In this document: one piece after another, positions 51,657-64,000 of the stretch
Numbering within the stretch: position 1 is the stretch's first letter
Layout: every line of letters starts with the position of its first letter
Assembly: GCA_951406725.2 (NCBI GenBank)
Contig: OX597815.1
Location: forward strand, 107,756,001-107,820,000
Source of the DNA: Octopus vulgaris
Lineage: Eukaryota
Direction: 5' to 3'
Length of the DNA stretch: 64,000 nt
The notes under the pieces: generated by a model
What the model was told of the DNA's origin: nothing
What the model saw: the letters and a program-made list of their open reading frames with translations, nothing else
Database searches by the model: none
Made by a program: the position numbers and the translations under genes

Positions 51657-52354
51657 CACATGTCTGTTTAACAAGGGTTTGACTGAATGCAACAACAGTG
51701 TTGTAGTAATTCAATTTGTACTTACATACCTTTACAGAAAAAAAAAACGAAGAAGAAGAAATGTAGAACACCTGCAAAATACATGATTAAAGAAAAAACA
51801 AACTACAAATCAGTGTCTCTTGATATTATCTAATTACTTTGGTCACAAAATTATGTTTTTGATAATTGAAGAAAAAAAGTGTTATTGCTTTCTTTGTACT
51901 GTTATTCTCCTATTTCCAGTTTTGTTTATTCAACTCCGACTTTGTTTCTTCATTTCAATATTTTCTGTTGAGATTAGAATCACACAAAGGAAATAACAAA
52001 AGATCGTAACAAGTGATGGAACGTTGGGCTGGAGAAGACCCCACCCATTGAAAAGACAGCATGAAAAATGTATGCAATGATAGTGAGGATGATTTGTGTG
52101 TAAAATTATTATCATTATATATATATATTTTTTTTGTAATTCGTTTTTATTGTATTTTAATGCAGTTAAATAATACAATCTATTTTGCAGGCCTGATTGC
52201 TTCCAACAAAAGAAAGCACACATGTCAAGTTCCTGGGACACACCAGGATTTCTTTTGTCTTTCAAATTAAAGCTGCGATTTTGAGATAAAGGAGTGTATG
52301 TATGTATGTATGTATGTATGTATGTATGTATGTATGTATGTATGTATGTATGTA

Positions 52355-52403
<49 letters not shown>

Positions 52404-52849
52404 ATATATATATCTACACATATATACATCCATCTATCTATCTATCTATATAATAATAATAATAATAATAATAATGCTAATAATAATAATAATAATGCTA
52501 ATAATAATAATAATAATAATAATAATCATAATAATAATAATAAATTGATGAATGAAGTGGAGGATGGTGTTGGCATTAGTCTTTATTTAGTATGATGATC
52601 GTTTCAACCCCTCCTGTGGCTGTCCTTTATGGGTGGGATGTTGTGCATCCAATTGTGTTGCATTGATTAGTGCAATCTGGGCCACATCGGGTACATGCAT
52701 AAATAGAGTGGTGCCCCACTAAATATATTTAGTTCTTGCAGTCATGTTGGTGTTTGCCCACTGGTCTGTGAGACCAATATTTATGCATGTATATAAATAT
52801 ATATTTGCATACATGTGTGTTTATATACATGTGTGTTTATATACTTTTT

Positions 52850-53252
52850 TTTATTCTTTTACTTGTTACAGTCATTTGACTGTGGCCATGCTGGAGCACT
52901 GCCTTAAAGGGTCTTAGTTGAAGAAATTGACCCTAGAACTTATTCTTTGTAAGCCTAGGGACTTATTCTATTGGTCTGTTTTGCTGATCTGCTAATGTTA
53001 GAGGGATGTAAACACACCAACATCAGTTGTCATGCAAAGGGTGGGGGGAGATAAACACAGACACACACACATAGATATAAACATATATACATGTATATAA
53101 GACAGGTTTCTTTCAGTTTCCATCAAATAAATCCACTCACAAGGCTTTGGTCAGCCTGAGGCTGTAGTAAAAGACACTCGACCAAGTTGCCATTCAGTGA
53201 AACTGAACTCAGAACCATGTGATTGAGAAGCAAGCTTCTTACCACACAGCCA
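52850..53252 (-). mobile_element. SINE family A
   Basis: Homolog of 41783-42203. Confidence 0.88.
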
Positions 53253-53335
53253 ATCACACAGACACATACACACATCTACATATAAATATAGGTGAACAGA
53301 ATATAAATAAAAAAACAAAGATGTACAGGTGTTAA

Positions 53336-53422
53336 TTCATTAGGGCTGTTTCAAGCAGTTCTGTTTAATTGATTAATGAAAACATGACATCAATTTGAAA
53401 GAAACTGTTCTCACCAGATGAA
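53336..53422 (-). ncRNA. Hammerhead-like motif with long stem II
   Basis: Minus strand TTCAT-CTGGTGA-GAACAGTT...AACTGCTT-GAAA-cagccc-TA|ATGAA; perfect 5-bp stem I, one core substitution. Confidence 0.55.
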
Positions 53423-53817
53423 GACATAGACTTCAGACATAAAGGATAAACCATTTTTTAAACAAATATACATCAATAATAGAGACCAAAATATTTACAT
53501 TGCTTCTTTTGTTATAACTGTGGCAGAATGAGTTTAGAAAATAATGCATACCTTGTTAAGCCTACTATAATTTAGAGCAGAGGGAATAGTGGGGATCAAC
53601 ATAAAAAGAGCTGTGACGTAGTTACTTATATTTAGAAGACTTTATGTAGTATGTAATCTTCAATCATTTAAAATGGAATCCATCGGGAGTTGTCAACTGT
53701 ATTCTAGTTAATGGTGATAAATCAATTAATGTCAGACATTCTATTAGACTCCCAATATACTGGAACCATTTATCTAGCTTTATCTACATAAAAAGGGTAA
53801 TTCAACTGAATCTTAAT

Positions 53818-53856
<39 letters not shown>

Positions 53857-54530
53857 CTCCACTGAGTTAATTCTCTCAGCTCAATTTTGTTGGAATTATA
53901 CCCTTTATTTTTGTTTTAGGTATGCTGGAGTCAATATAAGAGAACAGCTGTACTATTAACAACCAATATAGGAAACACGTGTTCACACTGTCCTCCTGTC
54001 TCTTGCGTAAAGACGTCTGTTTTCCCCATAATGACTTGTTAATTACAAAGAATTCTTAACTCTTGAGATTATCAGCCTTTCTCATTTCTTGCTGCAGTTG
54101 CCTTCCATGTCTTGTTTTTCTGTCATCTCAATAAATCAATAATTTGCCTTCTATGGTATTTGATATATCTATATTCATTCTTGTTATCCACGTTCATGTC
54201 ACTGGCATTCAAATAATTTTTTTAACCCATTATTCTATCTGTCTGTCTGTGTCTGTAAGCCTGTCTGTCAGCCTGTCTGTTTGTCTGTCTGTCTATGTAT
54301 GTATGTATGTATGTATCTATTTATCTAATTGCTTTTCTTAATATTGACAACAGAGGGGAAATACACTGAAGTGAAGAGGTCTAATAAAACAGAAACATGC
54401 TCATTAAAGCTGGCTTTAAAATAATGAATTCACTCCTGTCTGCATTGCTTATATTGTTCAAAAAATTTGATGAACTAATTGGAATCATCTTTCTTGATTT
54501 TTGTTTTTTTATCTTTTAAAATACATCTAG

Positions 54531-54577
<47 letters not shown>

Positions 54578-54604
54578 GAGACAGATAGATAAATAGATAG
54601 ATAC

Positions 54605-54737
<133 letters not shown>

Positions 54738-54829
54738 TGAACAAATTGCTTGCATGGTCTCAGTTGCTTGAAGGCTTTCAATTCTATTTTACAAATGTTT
54801 TACTCAATCATATGACAGCAAAATTAAGT

Positions 54830-55075
54830 CTAAGGGGAACCATATGTGAAAGAGGAATTTATGCTGATATGGACATGTGATGCATATGGAAGATGACAGT
54901 TGAGTACAGATGTGCCAAGGGAGGAACCTTTGAAAGAGGAAGTTTGAGGAAAACATGGGAAGATGTGATGAGACTTGATCTCAGGAAAATGAATGCTATG
55001 AATGAGATGATAAAGGCTTGCAACAAATGATGAAATATTGTGCTAAAAACCTGTCTAAGCTATGTAAGAAAGTAA
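54830..55075 (+). mobile_element. RTE 3' fragment
   Basis: ERNLC*YGHVMHMEDDS...RGSLRKTWEDVMRLDL. Confidence 0.75.
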
Positions 55076-55829
55076 AAATATGTTTAAATTGATGATAATC
55101 TAGTATTACATACAAAAGCCATGTACTTTTATCTGTATATATAAATATATATATATGCATATAAGTATGCATGTGTAGGTAAAATATCTGTATGCATATG
55201 TGTTATGTGTGTGTGTGTGTGCATGCGTGCTTGTGTGTGTGTTTTTGTGAATGTACATGCAACTGTGTGCATTTATGTATGTATGTGTGTTTTCTTATGT
55301 TTTGAAATGCATTGCTTTTCTTCCTTGTGTGTGTGATTCTGTCTGCCTGTATGTGTGCGTATATATGTATGTGTACACATGTGGGTGTATGCATATGTCT
55401 GTGTTTGTTTGTGTGTGTGTGTGTGTTTGTGTATGTGTGCGTGTGTGTGTGGTAAGGTGGTGTATGAGAATATCTGTGTGAATTTTAAGTGAGCATTTGT
55501 TAATTTGTGTGTATGCATGTGGGTTTAGGAAATTACTGCATGAGTGAAAACCTTGCTAGTGTGTATTGAATAAGAGATCTTTGTCTAATTAGATTCATAG
55601 ATAAATAGGCAATTACTATTGGATAAACAAACTGCGTATAGTTCAGCTGAACATGCTGCTCATTAGCAAGAAAAAAAAATTGTTAGCGAATGTTCAGTCT
55701 TTGAAATTGGAACACATTGTCAGTATACAATTACTGCTGGTTATTGAGGCATGCTGGGAAATTACAAGACAATACACTTATATACAATGGTTGAAATGAT
55801 CTCGGCAGTGGTATGTTGGTGGTGAGTGC

Positions 55830-56380
55830 TCAGGATAGGTGTGATTTTGTGTGTCTGTGATAGTGGTGAATGGTGGTGATTGTGGTGGTGGTGGTGGTGG
55901 GTGATTGTGGTGGTGGGGGTGATTGTGGTGGTAGTCCTGACTGTGAAAGTGGTGGTAGTGATAGTGGTGATGGTGGTGATAGAAGTGGTGGTGATAGTAG
56001 TGGTGGTGGTGATAGTGGTGATGTCAATGGAAGTGTTGGTGGTGGTTGTAGTAGTGATGACAAGAGATGATAATGATGAGTGTAGGAGGCAGTAGTGGTG
56101 ATGTTGGTGGCAGTGTTGCTGTTGGGGTTGTTGTTGTTGTTGATGGTGGTGGTGGTGGTGATGGGAAGTAATGCTGTGATTAGGGGAGATAGCCATGGTG
56201 GAAGTGGGAGAGGTGGGGTGATGGTGGTATACATGATGATGCTGGATGTGACAGTGGTGGTGATAACAGGAGTGGTAGTGGTTGCAGTTGGGTGGTTAAT
56301 AGTTGTAATGGTGAGAATGGTGGTGGTGGTTGGGTGGGTGGGGTTCAGTGATGGTGTTGATGATAATGATGATGGGAAAG
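55830..56380. repeat. Degenerate (GGT/GAT)n low-complexity tract
   Basis: Gives poly-V/T/H/P pseudo-ORFs in several frames on both strands. Confidence 0.88.
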
Positions 56381-56469
56381 GAACATGATATGTTGGACGT
56401 GTAATGTTAAATTGCATAAACAAGAAAAATACAAAAAAGCTGAGAAACAAAGAACAAAAACGAGGAAGA

Positions 56470-56625
56470 ATTTAAATGTATGAGCGATTAGATGTAAATA
56501 GGCAAGACAGGAGACTGTCCCAGTATGAGAAGATGATGCGTGGGGAGGATGACAGCAGTACAAAGAAGTGCAACAATCTGAAAGTGCATAGAACCTGTGG
56601 GAGTGGGAAACCTAAGAAGACTAAC
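56470..56625 (+). mobile_element. RTE 3' fragment
   Basis: RRLSQYEKMMRGEDDSSTKKCNNLKVHRTCGSGKPKKT is a decayed RRLxWYGHVMRM.EDS..KKC..L.V.G...RGRPRKT. Confidence 0.65.
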
Positions 56626-56741
56626 CTCAGGTTGCTAAGCCTCCAAAGATATACACACATACAGATTCACAACACACACACATATATGTAACATATTCAT
56701 ATCTATAAATATGTAATATATATATATATGTATGTATATAA

Positions 56742-56797
<56 letters not shown>

Positions 56798-59019
56798 ATG
56801 TATATATGTATATGTATATACACATATATATATATTTATATAATGTATGTATATATGTATATATGTATGAAGATATGTATACATATATGTATGTATATAT
56901 ATACACATATATATATGTATATATGTATATAAATATTACTTATATATTACACATATATACAAACATATATATGTATATATACATACATATATATACATGT
57001 GTGTGCGTATGTGTATGTATATATTTATATACATATATATACTTTAATAGATATGTATGTAATGATATGATGATATTCATATTGATTCTTTAAACATTCT
57101 GGAAGATTTGAATATGAATATGTTTAATTGTTGTTGTATTTTGCCATGGGAGAACAACTTCTGCTTTCAGATGTGTTGACAACACAATTCATTGATGTAA
57201 AGTGACTTTGAGACATCAGTGTTTCAACCCAATTATATTTCTTCAGTTAAAGTTACCCCCAGGTCACTGAATCTGAATAAAATAGTGGTTTTTGTTTATA
57301 GATTTCAGCAATGAAATTATTTGCTGATGTGCGCTGATATCTACCAACTTGATAATAGATATTATCATGAGCATGTTAAGCTACATAAATCAAAATGGTG
57401 ATGTACATATATGATAATGTGATTAAATAATGCAGAAAATGGTCTTGACAACAATGATGGAGTCATAAGTCTACGAGATCAGTATTGACATTGGGCTAAA
57501 CAAAAATGTGTTCTACTCATAATTTTCCATATTATTTCTGAGCAGTAAGAGCAACATGTTACTTCAACACTAGCATCCAATATACTTCATTATCATCATC
57601 ATTGTTCTAATGTCCACTTTCCATCCATGGGTTGGATGAATTTGATGAAGTAGATTTTCTAAAATGGGATACTCTTCCAGTTGCCAGCCCTGGCCTGCTT
57701 CCCAGTAAGGTAATATTTCTGTGGGGCCAGACATGTTTTGGATAGTGGAGTATAATTGCCAGTGAGAAACATGGTCTTCCTAATGAACAGTCACTATATA
57801 TGAAAGTGTCGGTAGATGGGGGAAAAGAATGGTTCTCTGAATGGTAGATAAAAATTATTAATGCCTACATTAGGAGAAAGAAGGATTGTTCATGGCAGAT
57901 CGATATAATAATCTGCCTATGTATGGAAATAAGAAAAAAATTCTTGAGTCATTAAGAGGAAAAGATGTACACAGGGATTTAGAATTTTATAGGTTCTAGA
58001 TAGTTATTCAAAAAGATTTGAGATAATGCATAAATGAATCTTCCTCCTCCTCCTCGTCATCATCATCATCATCACCACCACCACCACCACCACCGCCGCC
58101 GCCGCCGCCACCACCACCAAAACCACCACCACCACCGTCATCATCATCATCATCATTTAACATCCATCTTCCATGTTAGCATGGGTTGGACAGTTTGACA
58201 GGAGCTGGCAAGCTATAGAATTCCAGTTTCTGCTTTGGCATGCTTTACAGAAAGTACTGGATGCTTTTTATGCAGCACAAACACCAGTGGGATCACCAAA
58301 CGACTTGTGAGATGAAGACCTTTCAGCTAAGAGAAGAAGTTGAAGTGAGGGAAATGGCTTTGTGTGAGGTGAAAGGTTTGAGTGTAACAGGAACATAGAG
58401 ATAGTTGTCTTACTAGAGAGGAGAGACTTGCCTACATCAGTAGGAAAAGAAACGAGAGGAAGGAGAGAAAGGGTTAGATAGATAGATAGATAGAGAGAGA
58501 GAGTGAGAGAAATAGATGATGTTGCAGATGCATTAGGACTTACCTACAGGGAAAAGTGGGGGTGAGTATAAGTGGTAGAGAGGAGATAGAGGGGGATGTC
58601 TCATAACAGTGCAAAGGGGTATGTTTAAAGATGGGAAAGAAGTAGCTGTAGTTGGTGATGAAGAGAGAAATTGAAGTGGCTGGGAGAGGGATATGGTAGA
58701 TATGTGAAGGCATAGAAAGTGTGTGAGGGAGAGTGGAGAGGACTGCAGTAGGTGGGTCCCTCCATTCTTCCTCATGTGTTTATCTGCACATAAATAAATT
58801 AATAATTATCATTAAACGAATCATTAATTATTAAACAATTAAATCAGGAAGAATTCTTTAGATCCTTTAAGTAAAAAAATAAATAAATGATTATTAATGA
58901 ATTAACTCAAGGATAATATTTATTAATTATTAAACAAATAAATCCAAAATAACATTCTGAAAGGGTGGAAAAAATACAGAGAAAATTTGTCTTAATGATT
59001 TCGGCCCTTCAATCATTGG

Positions 59020-59396
59020 GCAATATACTGTGCTTTAGAAGACCTGTTAAGTCAAGTGAAATCGTTGTCATGGTCGATGACAGTCCTGCCCATGCTGGTG
59101 GCACATAAAAAGTACCATTTGAGTGTGGTCAATGTCAGTGCTGCCGGACTAGCTCCTGTGCTGGTAGCATGTAAAAAGCACCATATGAGCATGGTCAACA
59201 CCAGCACTGCCTGACTGGCCCCCATGTCAGTGGCACATAAAAGGCACTCACTTCACTCATAGAGTGGTTGGCATTAAGAAGGGCATTCAGCTGTAGAAAC
59301 CTTGTCAGATAGATTGGAACCTGATGCAGCCTCCTGGCTTGCCAGTTCTCAGTCAAACCCTCCAACCCATGCCAGCATGGAAAGTGGACGTTAAAC

Positions 59397-59472
<76 letters not shown>
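59020..59472 (+). mobile_element. RTE 3' UTR with tandem GGCACATAAAAAGCAC units and a long (GAT)n tail
   Basis: Three ~60-65-bp internal repeats, then GAGTGGTTGGCATT...GGACGTTAAACGATG(ATG)n. Confidence 0.9.
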
Positions 59473-59474
<2 letters not shown>

Positions 59475-59489
59475 TGACAAGAATGAATG

Positions 59490-59875
59490 ATCAGTTTTGA
59501 AGATTGGGCACAAGTGGCAACAAGTAGCTTGGAAAGTGTAGAAAGTCAGAAAAGTGGTATGAACAGAAACCAGAGGCTGTGATAGAAAATGAGAATTGCA
59601 AGATATGGGATTTCCCCATAAATACTGACCATACTACTGAAGCAAGGAGACCGGATATGATCATAGAGGACAAAATAAACAAACAGTGGAAGGTCATAGA
59701 TTTTGCAATTCCTTATTATAGCAGTGTCAATATGAAAGAAATTGAAAAAACTGAGAAATATCAGGATCTAGACAGAGAGCTGAGAAGACTGTAGAAGACC
59801 AAGGCAACAATTATTCCTGTAGTAATTGGCTCACTTTAGTGCAACACCCAGAATGCTATCCATTAGAATGGCCAC
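59490..59875 (+). mobile_element. R4/Dong-like LINE, restriction-like endonuclease domain
   Basis: KWYEQKPEAVIENENCKIWDFPINTDHTTEARRPDMIIEDK...VIDFAIP...KEIEKTEKYQDL...IIPVVIGSL. Confidence 0.88.
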
Positions 59876-59884
59876 CAAGTATTG

Positions 59885-61200
59885 GTGGTTGACTCTATCA
59901 AAGGCTTTAGATTGATTCAAATCTATCTACCCATGTCAGCTTCTTTGCTCACCATCTCTATAATATATTACATGAGGTGGAGGTTGTTGTGGATGGATCT
60001 GCTTGGCATGGCACATGTTTGTGCATCACCAACCAGCTCCCCAGTAACAAGTGCCAACCTCTTTGCTAACATCTTGTCTAAAATTTTGATATCTGTGTTC
60101 AGCAGCACTGTAGACCTAAACATTTCGTTTTGACTTCCTTTGTTTAGGTCTTTTAACAGCAGTACCACCATTCCTCAACTCACAAAACTAGGAATTCTAG
60201 TTGTGTGCTATAAAAGGCTTCCACACAAGTGTGTGGCATATAACCATAAATCTCATAGGGCAGACTATCCAAACCAGATGATTTGCCTCCCCGACCCCCT
60301 CCCATTGTGCTTCTGCTACTTAGGCTTACCAAGTGTCTTTTGCTTCCTTGTTTCTTAGAACATTTGCCTTAGCTCTGACAATGCATCCTTCATGCTTAAC
60401 ATTGAAAAATTGGTCCAGGGCCAATTTGTGATCCTCTAATTAAGCTTTCCCTCTAGCCTATTGCTTTCTATCTCTAATGCTTTACTAAACCTAATTGGTT
60501 CGACCCTAGTTGACCTTTTCATGGTAAACCACCATTTGTTGGTGATGACTGACTCTATCAATACCCACTTAACTAATACAGCGTTCAACTTCCAGTAACT
60601 GGCTCCCTACATATAAAGTCAATCTAAGTTGACCTTGCAGATCACAGATTTGTAGTCAGTGTAGCTGACGACTTAAAAAATTTATCTATTGACCTACAGA
60701 ATACTCTATTTTGATACAACCAAGATGACTTGATGCAGTTCATCCATGTCCACACTGGCACATTTGGGTAATTCAGTTGCAGTTGGTACTTTGTCAGCCA
60801 GTTGAAAACATCTGAGCAGGTTTGCAAGGCTTTTGCACAACCCTCTTCTAACAGGTTTAACATGTGTTCAAGATGGTGCCCCAGTCACCCATTAGCACTA
60901 AAGGTTGAGACATTGCCTCTAAAATCTCCAGATGTCTGAAGAATCTGGTTGTCCTGCCCATGTTGGAGCATAAGCAGCCACCAGTCTGAAGGCACCCTCA
61001 TCACTACTGTTTACATCCAGGACTACCAACATACTTTCTGGGTCAAGTCCTTTCCCCATTCCTAGTTGACATGGAGATAAGTAAATCTCGTATTCACTGA
61101 AAATGGGCATGAAAGCTTGTTGCTTGGAGAATCTGGTTTCACTGATCTTAGTGACTTGAGTTCATTCAGTAGGTTGCTCTGTTTCCAAGGCCACATGCAT
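59885..61200 (-). mobile_element. Decayed L1/Tx1-clade LINE ORF2 (APE endonuclease and RT N-terminus)
   Basis: LVVLDV...FRLVAAYAP; YWKLN; FRSTVLLNTDIKILDKMLAKRL...QTCAMPSRSIHNNLHL; AFDRVNH. Confidence 0.85.
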
Positions 61201-61682
61201 TTATACTGCCTATACTGAGCAAAGACATGTTTGTCATAGAGAAGGAGAATGAAGAGAATCTTGTTTATGACCCCATGAAAATCTGCCACTCCTTTGAGAT
61301 ATTTTGCTTTTAATCTGTTATAAGTTTGTTATATTGTTTTAATACTTTTTATGTGAATATGAGTTATGTGAGGATGCAATGTATTCATTTAGAGCAGCGT
61401 TTCTCAACCAGGGTTCTCTGGTACCATAGGGTTCCACAAAAGATTCCTCAGGGTTGTGCAAGAAAGAGTGAAATAAGATAATGTTAATTTCAAGATCATA
61501 ATATTACTACACATGCACATCTTATTGGTTATTGTAATATTGTAATATAGACATCATTCTACATAACCTATTGCATTATCCAAAAAATATACAACAACCA
61601 TTGGGAATATATTTAGTGATGTCTGTAATTTATGGACACCCTGTATTTTTTCTTTAATTTTACAGAAATACCTAAATAACCC

Positions 61683-62490
61683 AATGTGGAGGTTTTTGAA
61701 GAGGAAACATTCAGTAAATTTGGATGAAGCTAGTGATGAAGAGCCATAGGCTCCTGACCAATTCCACAGCACTAGTATTTCAACAATGGAAAGAAAGAAG
61801 ATCTATCTTCACAATGAAAGTTAATTATCAATGGGCTTCATGTGGACCGGTGATTCAAGTTCTCCCATTCCATTGTGTTGTCTGGGGCAAACAATTTTCA
61901 AATGCAGCAATGGCTCCAGCTCAACAAACTAGACACTTCACAACAAATCACAGTCATATGAAAAATCAGAGTGCAGAGTTTTTTAAAAGGCTGTTGGAAT
62001 CTCAGAAGAAACAGAGTACAGCTTTTATGAGTAAAGTTAGTGTCAGTGAAAAGGCTCTTGAAGCAAGTTATTTGGTAGCAGAAATTATTACACAGAAAAG
62101 GAAAAGTCACACAGTTGGTGAGAACTCAATATTACCAGCCTGTAAAGTTATAGTCAGTAAAATGCTTGAGCAAAATGCACAGCAAGAAATTGAAAATGTT
62201 CCACTTTCAGATAGTACAATAAGTTGATACATTGATGATAGGGTGCATGACATTGAAGAGGTTTGCATGACAAATTGAAAAATAGCAGTTTTCCTATTCA
62301 GGTTGATGAATCAACAGATCTTACCAATAATTGCCATTAGCTTTTATACGATTTGTCAATGAAGGTGAAATTCAAGAAAATTTCCTATGCTGCAAAGAAC
62401 TGCCTGAGACAAGCAAAGGATTAGATGTATTCAACATTTTGTCCTCATAACTGGAAACAAGAGGTCTCTCCTGGATGGACTGTGTTTTCA
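61683..62490 (+). pseudogene. Buster/ZBED5-like hAT transposase N-terminal fragment
   Basis: CVVW..FSNAAMAP...RHFTTNH...ASYLVAEIITQKRKSHTVGENSILPAC...VPLSDSTIS*...IQVDESTD...ENFLCCKEL; stops present. Confidence 0.9.
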
Positions 62491-63051
62491 ACCTCTTGCA
62501 TGTGTGAGCATGCTTTTCTTATTTAACAAGTATCAAGAGCAAAGACAGAAATCATCTCCTTTCTATTGAAAATGAGATCTGTGTGTATTTATCTAAAGTT
62601 TGACCTTGAATTAAATATTTACATAGCAAAAGACAGACACAGGTTTCACATTAGAGAAGCATATTTCACTATATCAAATGGCTTTGAAAGTATTATTTCC
62701 TTGTATAATTCATTGATTCACAATACATTTTTCCTTGATTTATCTTCTGTCTTTTCAACATTGGCAGTAAAAAATAAATAAATAATAAATTGATAATACA
62801 CAATTATCTGTTTTCATTCCGTTTACATTCATGTATCATAGGTATATGATACTGGTTACTTATACTTATTTTTAACATTTAAGTTTAGATTATTTTGTGT
62901 ATGAATGACAACTCCATGATGAGGAATCATAAATGAGCAGTATGAATCTTATCTAGCATTACCAATAAATTTAACAAAGAAGTATTATTTTTTTCTTAAA
63001 CCAGTTATCAGTATATATATATATATATATATACATATGTATATATACATA

Positions 63052-63340
63052 GGCACGTAAAAGCACCATCCGCTTGTGTCCGTTGCCAGCCTCGTAAAAG
63101 CACCATCCATTCGTGTCCGTTTGCCAGCTCTGTCTGGCACCTGTGCAGGTGGCACGTAAAAAGCACCCACTACACTCACAGAGTGGTTGGCGTTAGGAAG
63201 GGCATCCAGCCGTAGAAACACTGCCAAATCTGACTGGGCCTGATGAAGCCTTCCGGCTTCACAGACCCCAGTTAAACCGTCCAACCCATGCTAGCATGGA
63301 AAACGGACGCTAAATGATGATGATGATGATGATGATGATG
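63052..63340 (+). mobile_element. Young RTE-type 3' tail inserted in the hAT element
   Basis: GGCACGTAAAAGCACC repeats ... AAACGGACGCTAAAT(GAT)n. Confidence 0.88.
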
Positions 63341-64000
63341 ATATATGATATTTACCATGGGAACTATGATGAAAAATATGAGAAAGATATATAAATTTTT
63401 TTTTTGTGCAGGAGTTCCTTGAGATATGTAAAAAGTTTGAGAAGCACTGAATTAGAATAATGTCTGTGTATTTTTTAATATATTTTATTAAATTCTTATT
63501 GTTTGCAGTGCATTAGGAGTGCTGTTCATGTCACTGGTCTGGATTACTATGTGTTTTTGTTTGTTGAGGTGTTTGTAACATTGGTGCTATTTTTATTGTT
63601 GGAAATGTTTGTAATTGAATTGGTGTAGGGTGCATGGGTGTGTGATGGTTTGTTGGTTTCTGTGTCACCTGCTCTAATCTCTTTATTTTTAGACTTGTAC
63701 TGCACTTTTCATTTTGTAATTATTTTTCCTTTTTCTTTCACCAGGATCCATTCTGGGGTGGGGGTTTAGGACTAGCTGGGTTTTGCAGTCAGAAACTTCT
63801 GTGGCAATGGGAAGAAGTATGTCTGTACAGTCACACATTTTTTAGCTGGTGGTCTGGTTGTGACTGTGTAAATGATGTTATTGTTTTCTTTGGGTGTAGT
63901 ACTGGTGCTTAATGTTGATGTTATTGAATGAATCTTTCCTGCTGCTCTTTCTGTTGATACTGCTGTTGTTTTGGATGCTGCTGCTTTTTGCACTGATGCT

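Larger units (their letters stand above)
61395..63449 (+). mobile_element. Internally deleted hAT-Charlie/Buster DNA transposon
   Basis: TIRs CAGCGTTTCTCAAC / TTTGAGAAGCACTG; imperfect 8-bp TSD atttagag / aattagaa. Confidence 0.85.

Noticed and set aside
55762-56450. Gly/Asp-rich, Thr/His-rich and poly-Val ORFs resembling mucin or structural proteins
   Set aside because: Degenerate (GGT/GAT)n tract open in overlapping frames with no splice or homology support
59060-59250. Regularly spaced GGCACATAAAAAGCAC units resembling a CRISPR array
   Set aside because: The spacers are homologous to each other, the context is a eukaryotic RTE 3' UTR, and there are no cas genes
61724-62227. ZBED5/Buster-like ORF as a domesticated host gene
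   Set aside because: In-frame stops, a large internal deletion and retained TIRs/TSD indicate a dead transposon
63236-63268. CTGATGA followed by a hairpin (GAAGCC ttcc GGCTTC) in young RTE tails
   Set aside because: No GAAA after the stem, and other family copies read CTGGTGCAGCC; not a hammerhead
63600-64000. Thr/Ala/Lys-rich minus-strand ORF at the window edge
   Set aside because: Low complexity and no recognisable domain; it may be ORF1 of the L1/Tx1 element upstream of the hAT insertion, but this cannot be supported from the sequence

Overview
AT-rich, microsatellite-dense animal DNA that reads as intronic or intergenic. From recall, the repeat repertoire (tRNA-SINEs, RTE tails ending in (GAT)n, long (TA)n/(CA)n/(TATC)n) resembles an Octopus-like cephalopod genome; this is inference. 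No intact host protein-coding gene is supported, and nearly all listed ORFs are microsatellite artefacts or transposon remnants. Recognisable elements are CR1, RTE, L1/Tx1, R4/Dong-like and CRE-like LINE fragments, Tc1 (DD37E), maT (DD37D), mariner, hAT-Charlie/Buster, piggyBac-type and Helitron remnants, several SINE families, and a Penelope-like element with a GIY-YIG remnant. The main signal not shown by the ORF track is about ten hammerhead-ribozyme-like cores (CUGANGA...GAAA...UH). They include a tandem pair exactly 350 nt apart in a self-complementary, retrozyme-like repeat (12441-13121) and one inside a tRNA-headed SINE (39258-39486). Also present are a ~580-bp near-perfect palindrome and a SINE/LINE pair sharing a 3' stem-loop tail. 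Boundaries were read by eye and are approximate unless a TIR or TSD is given. SINE family letters A, B and D are my own labels.
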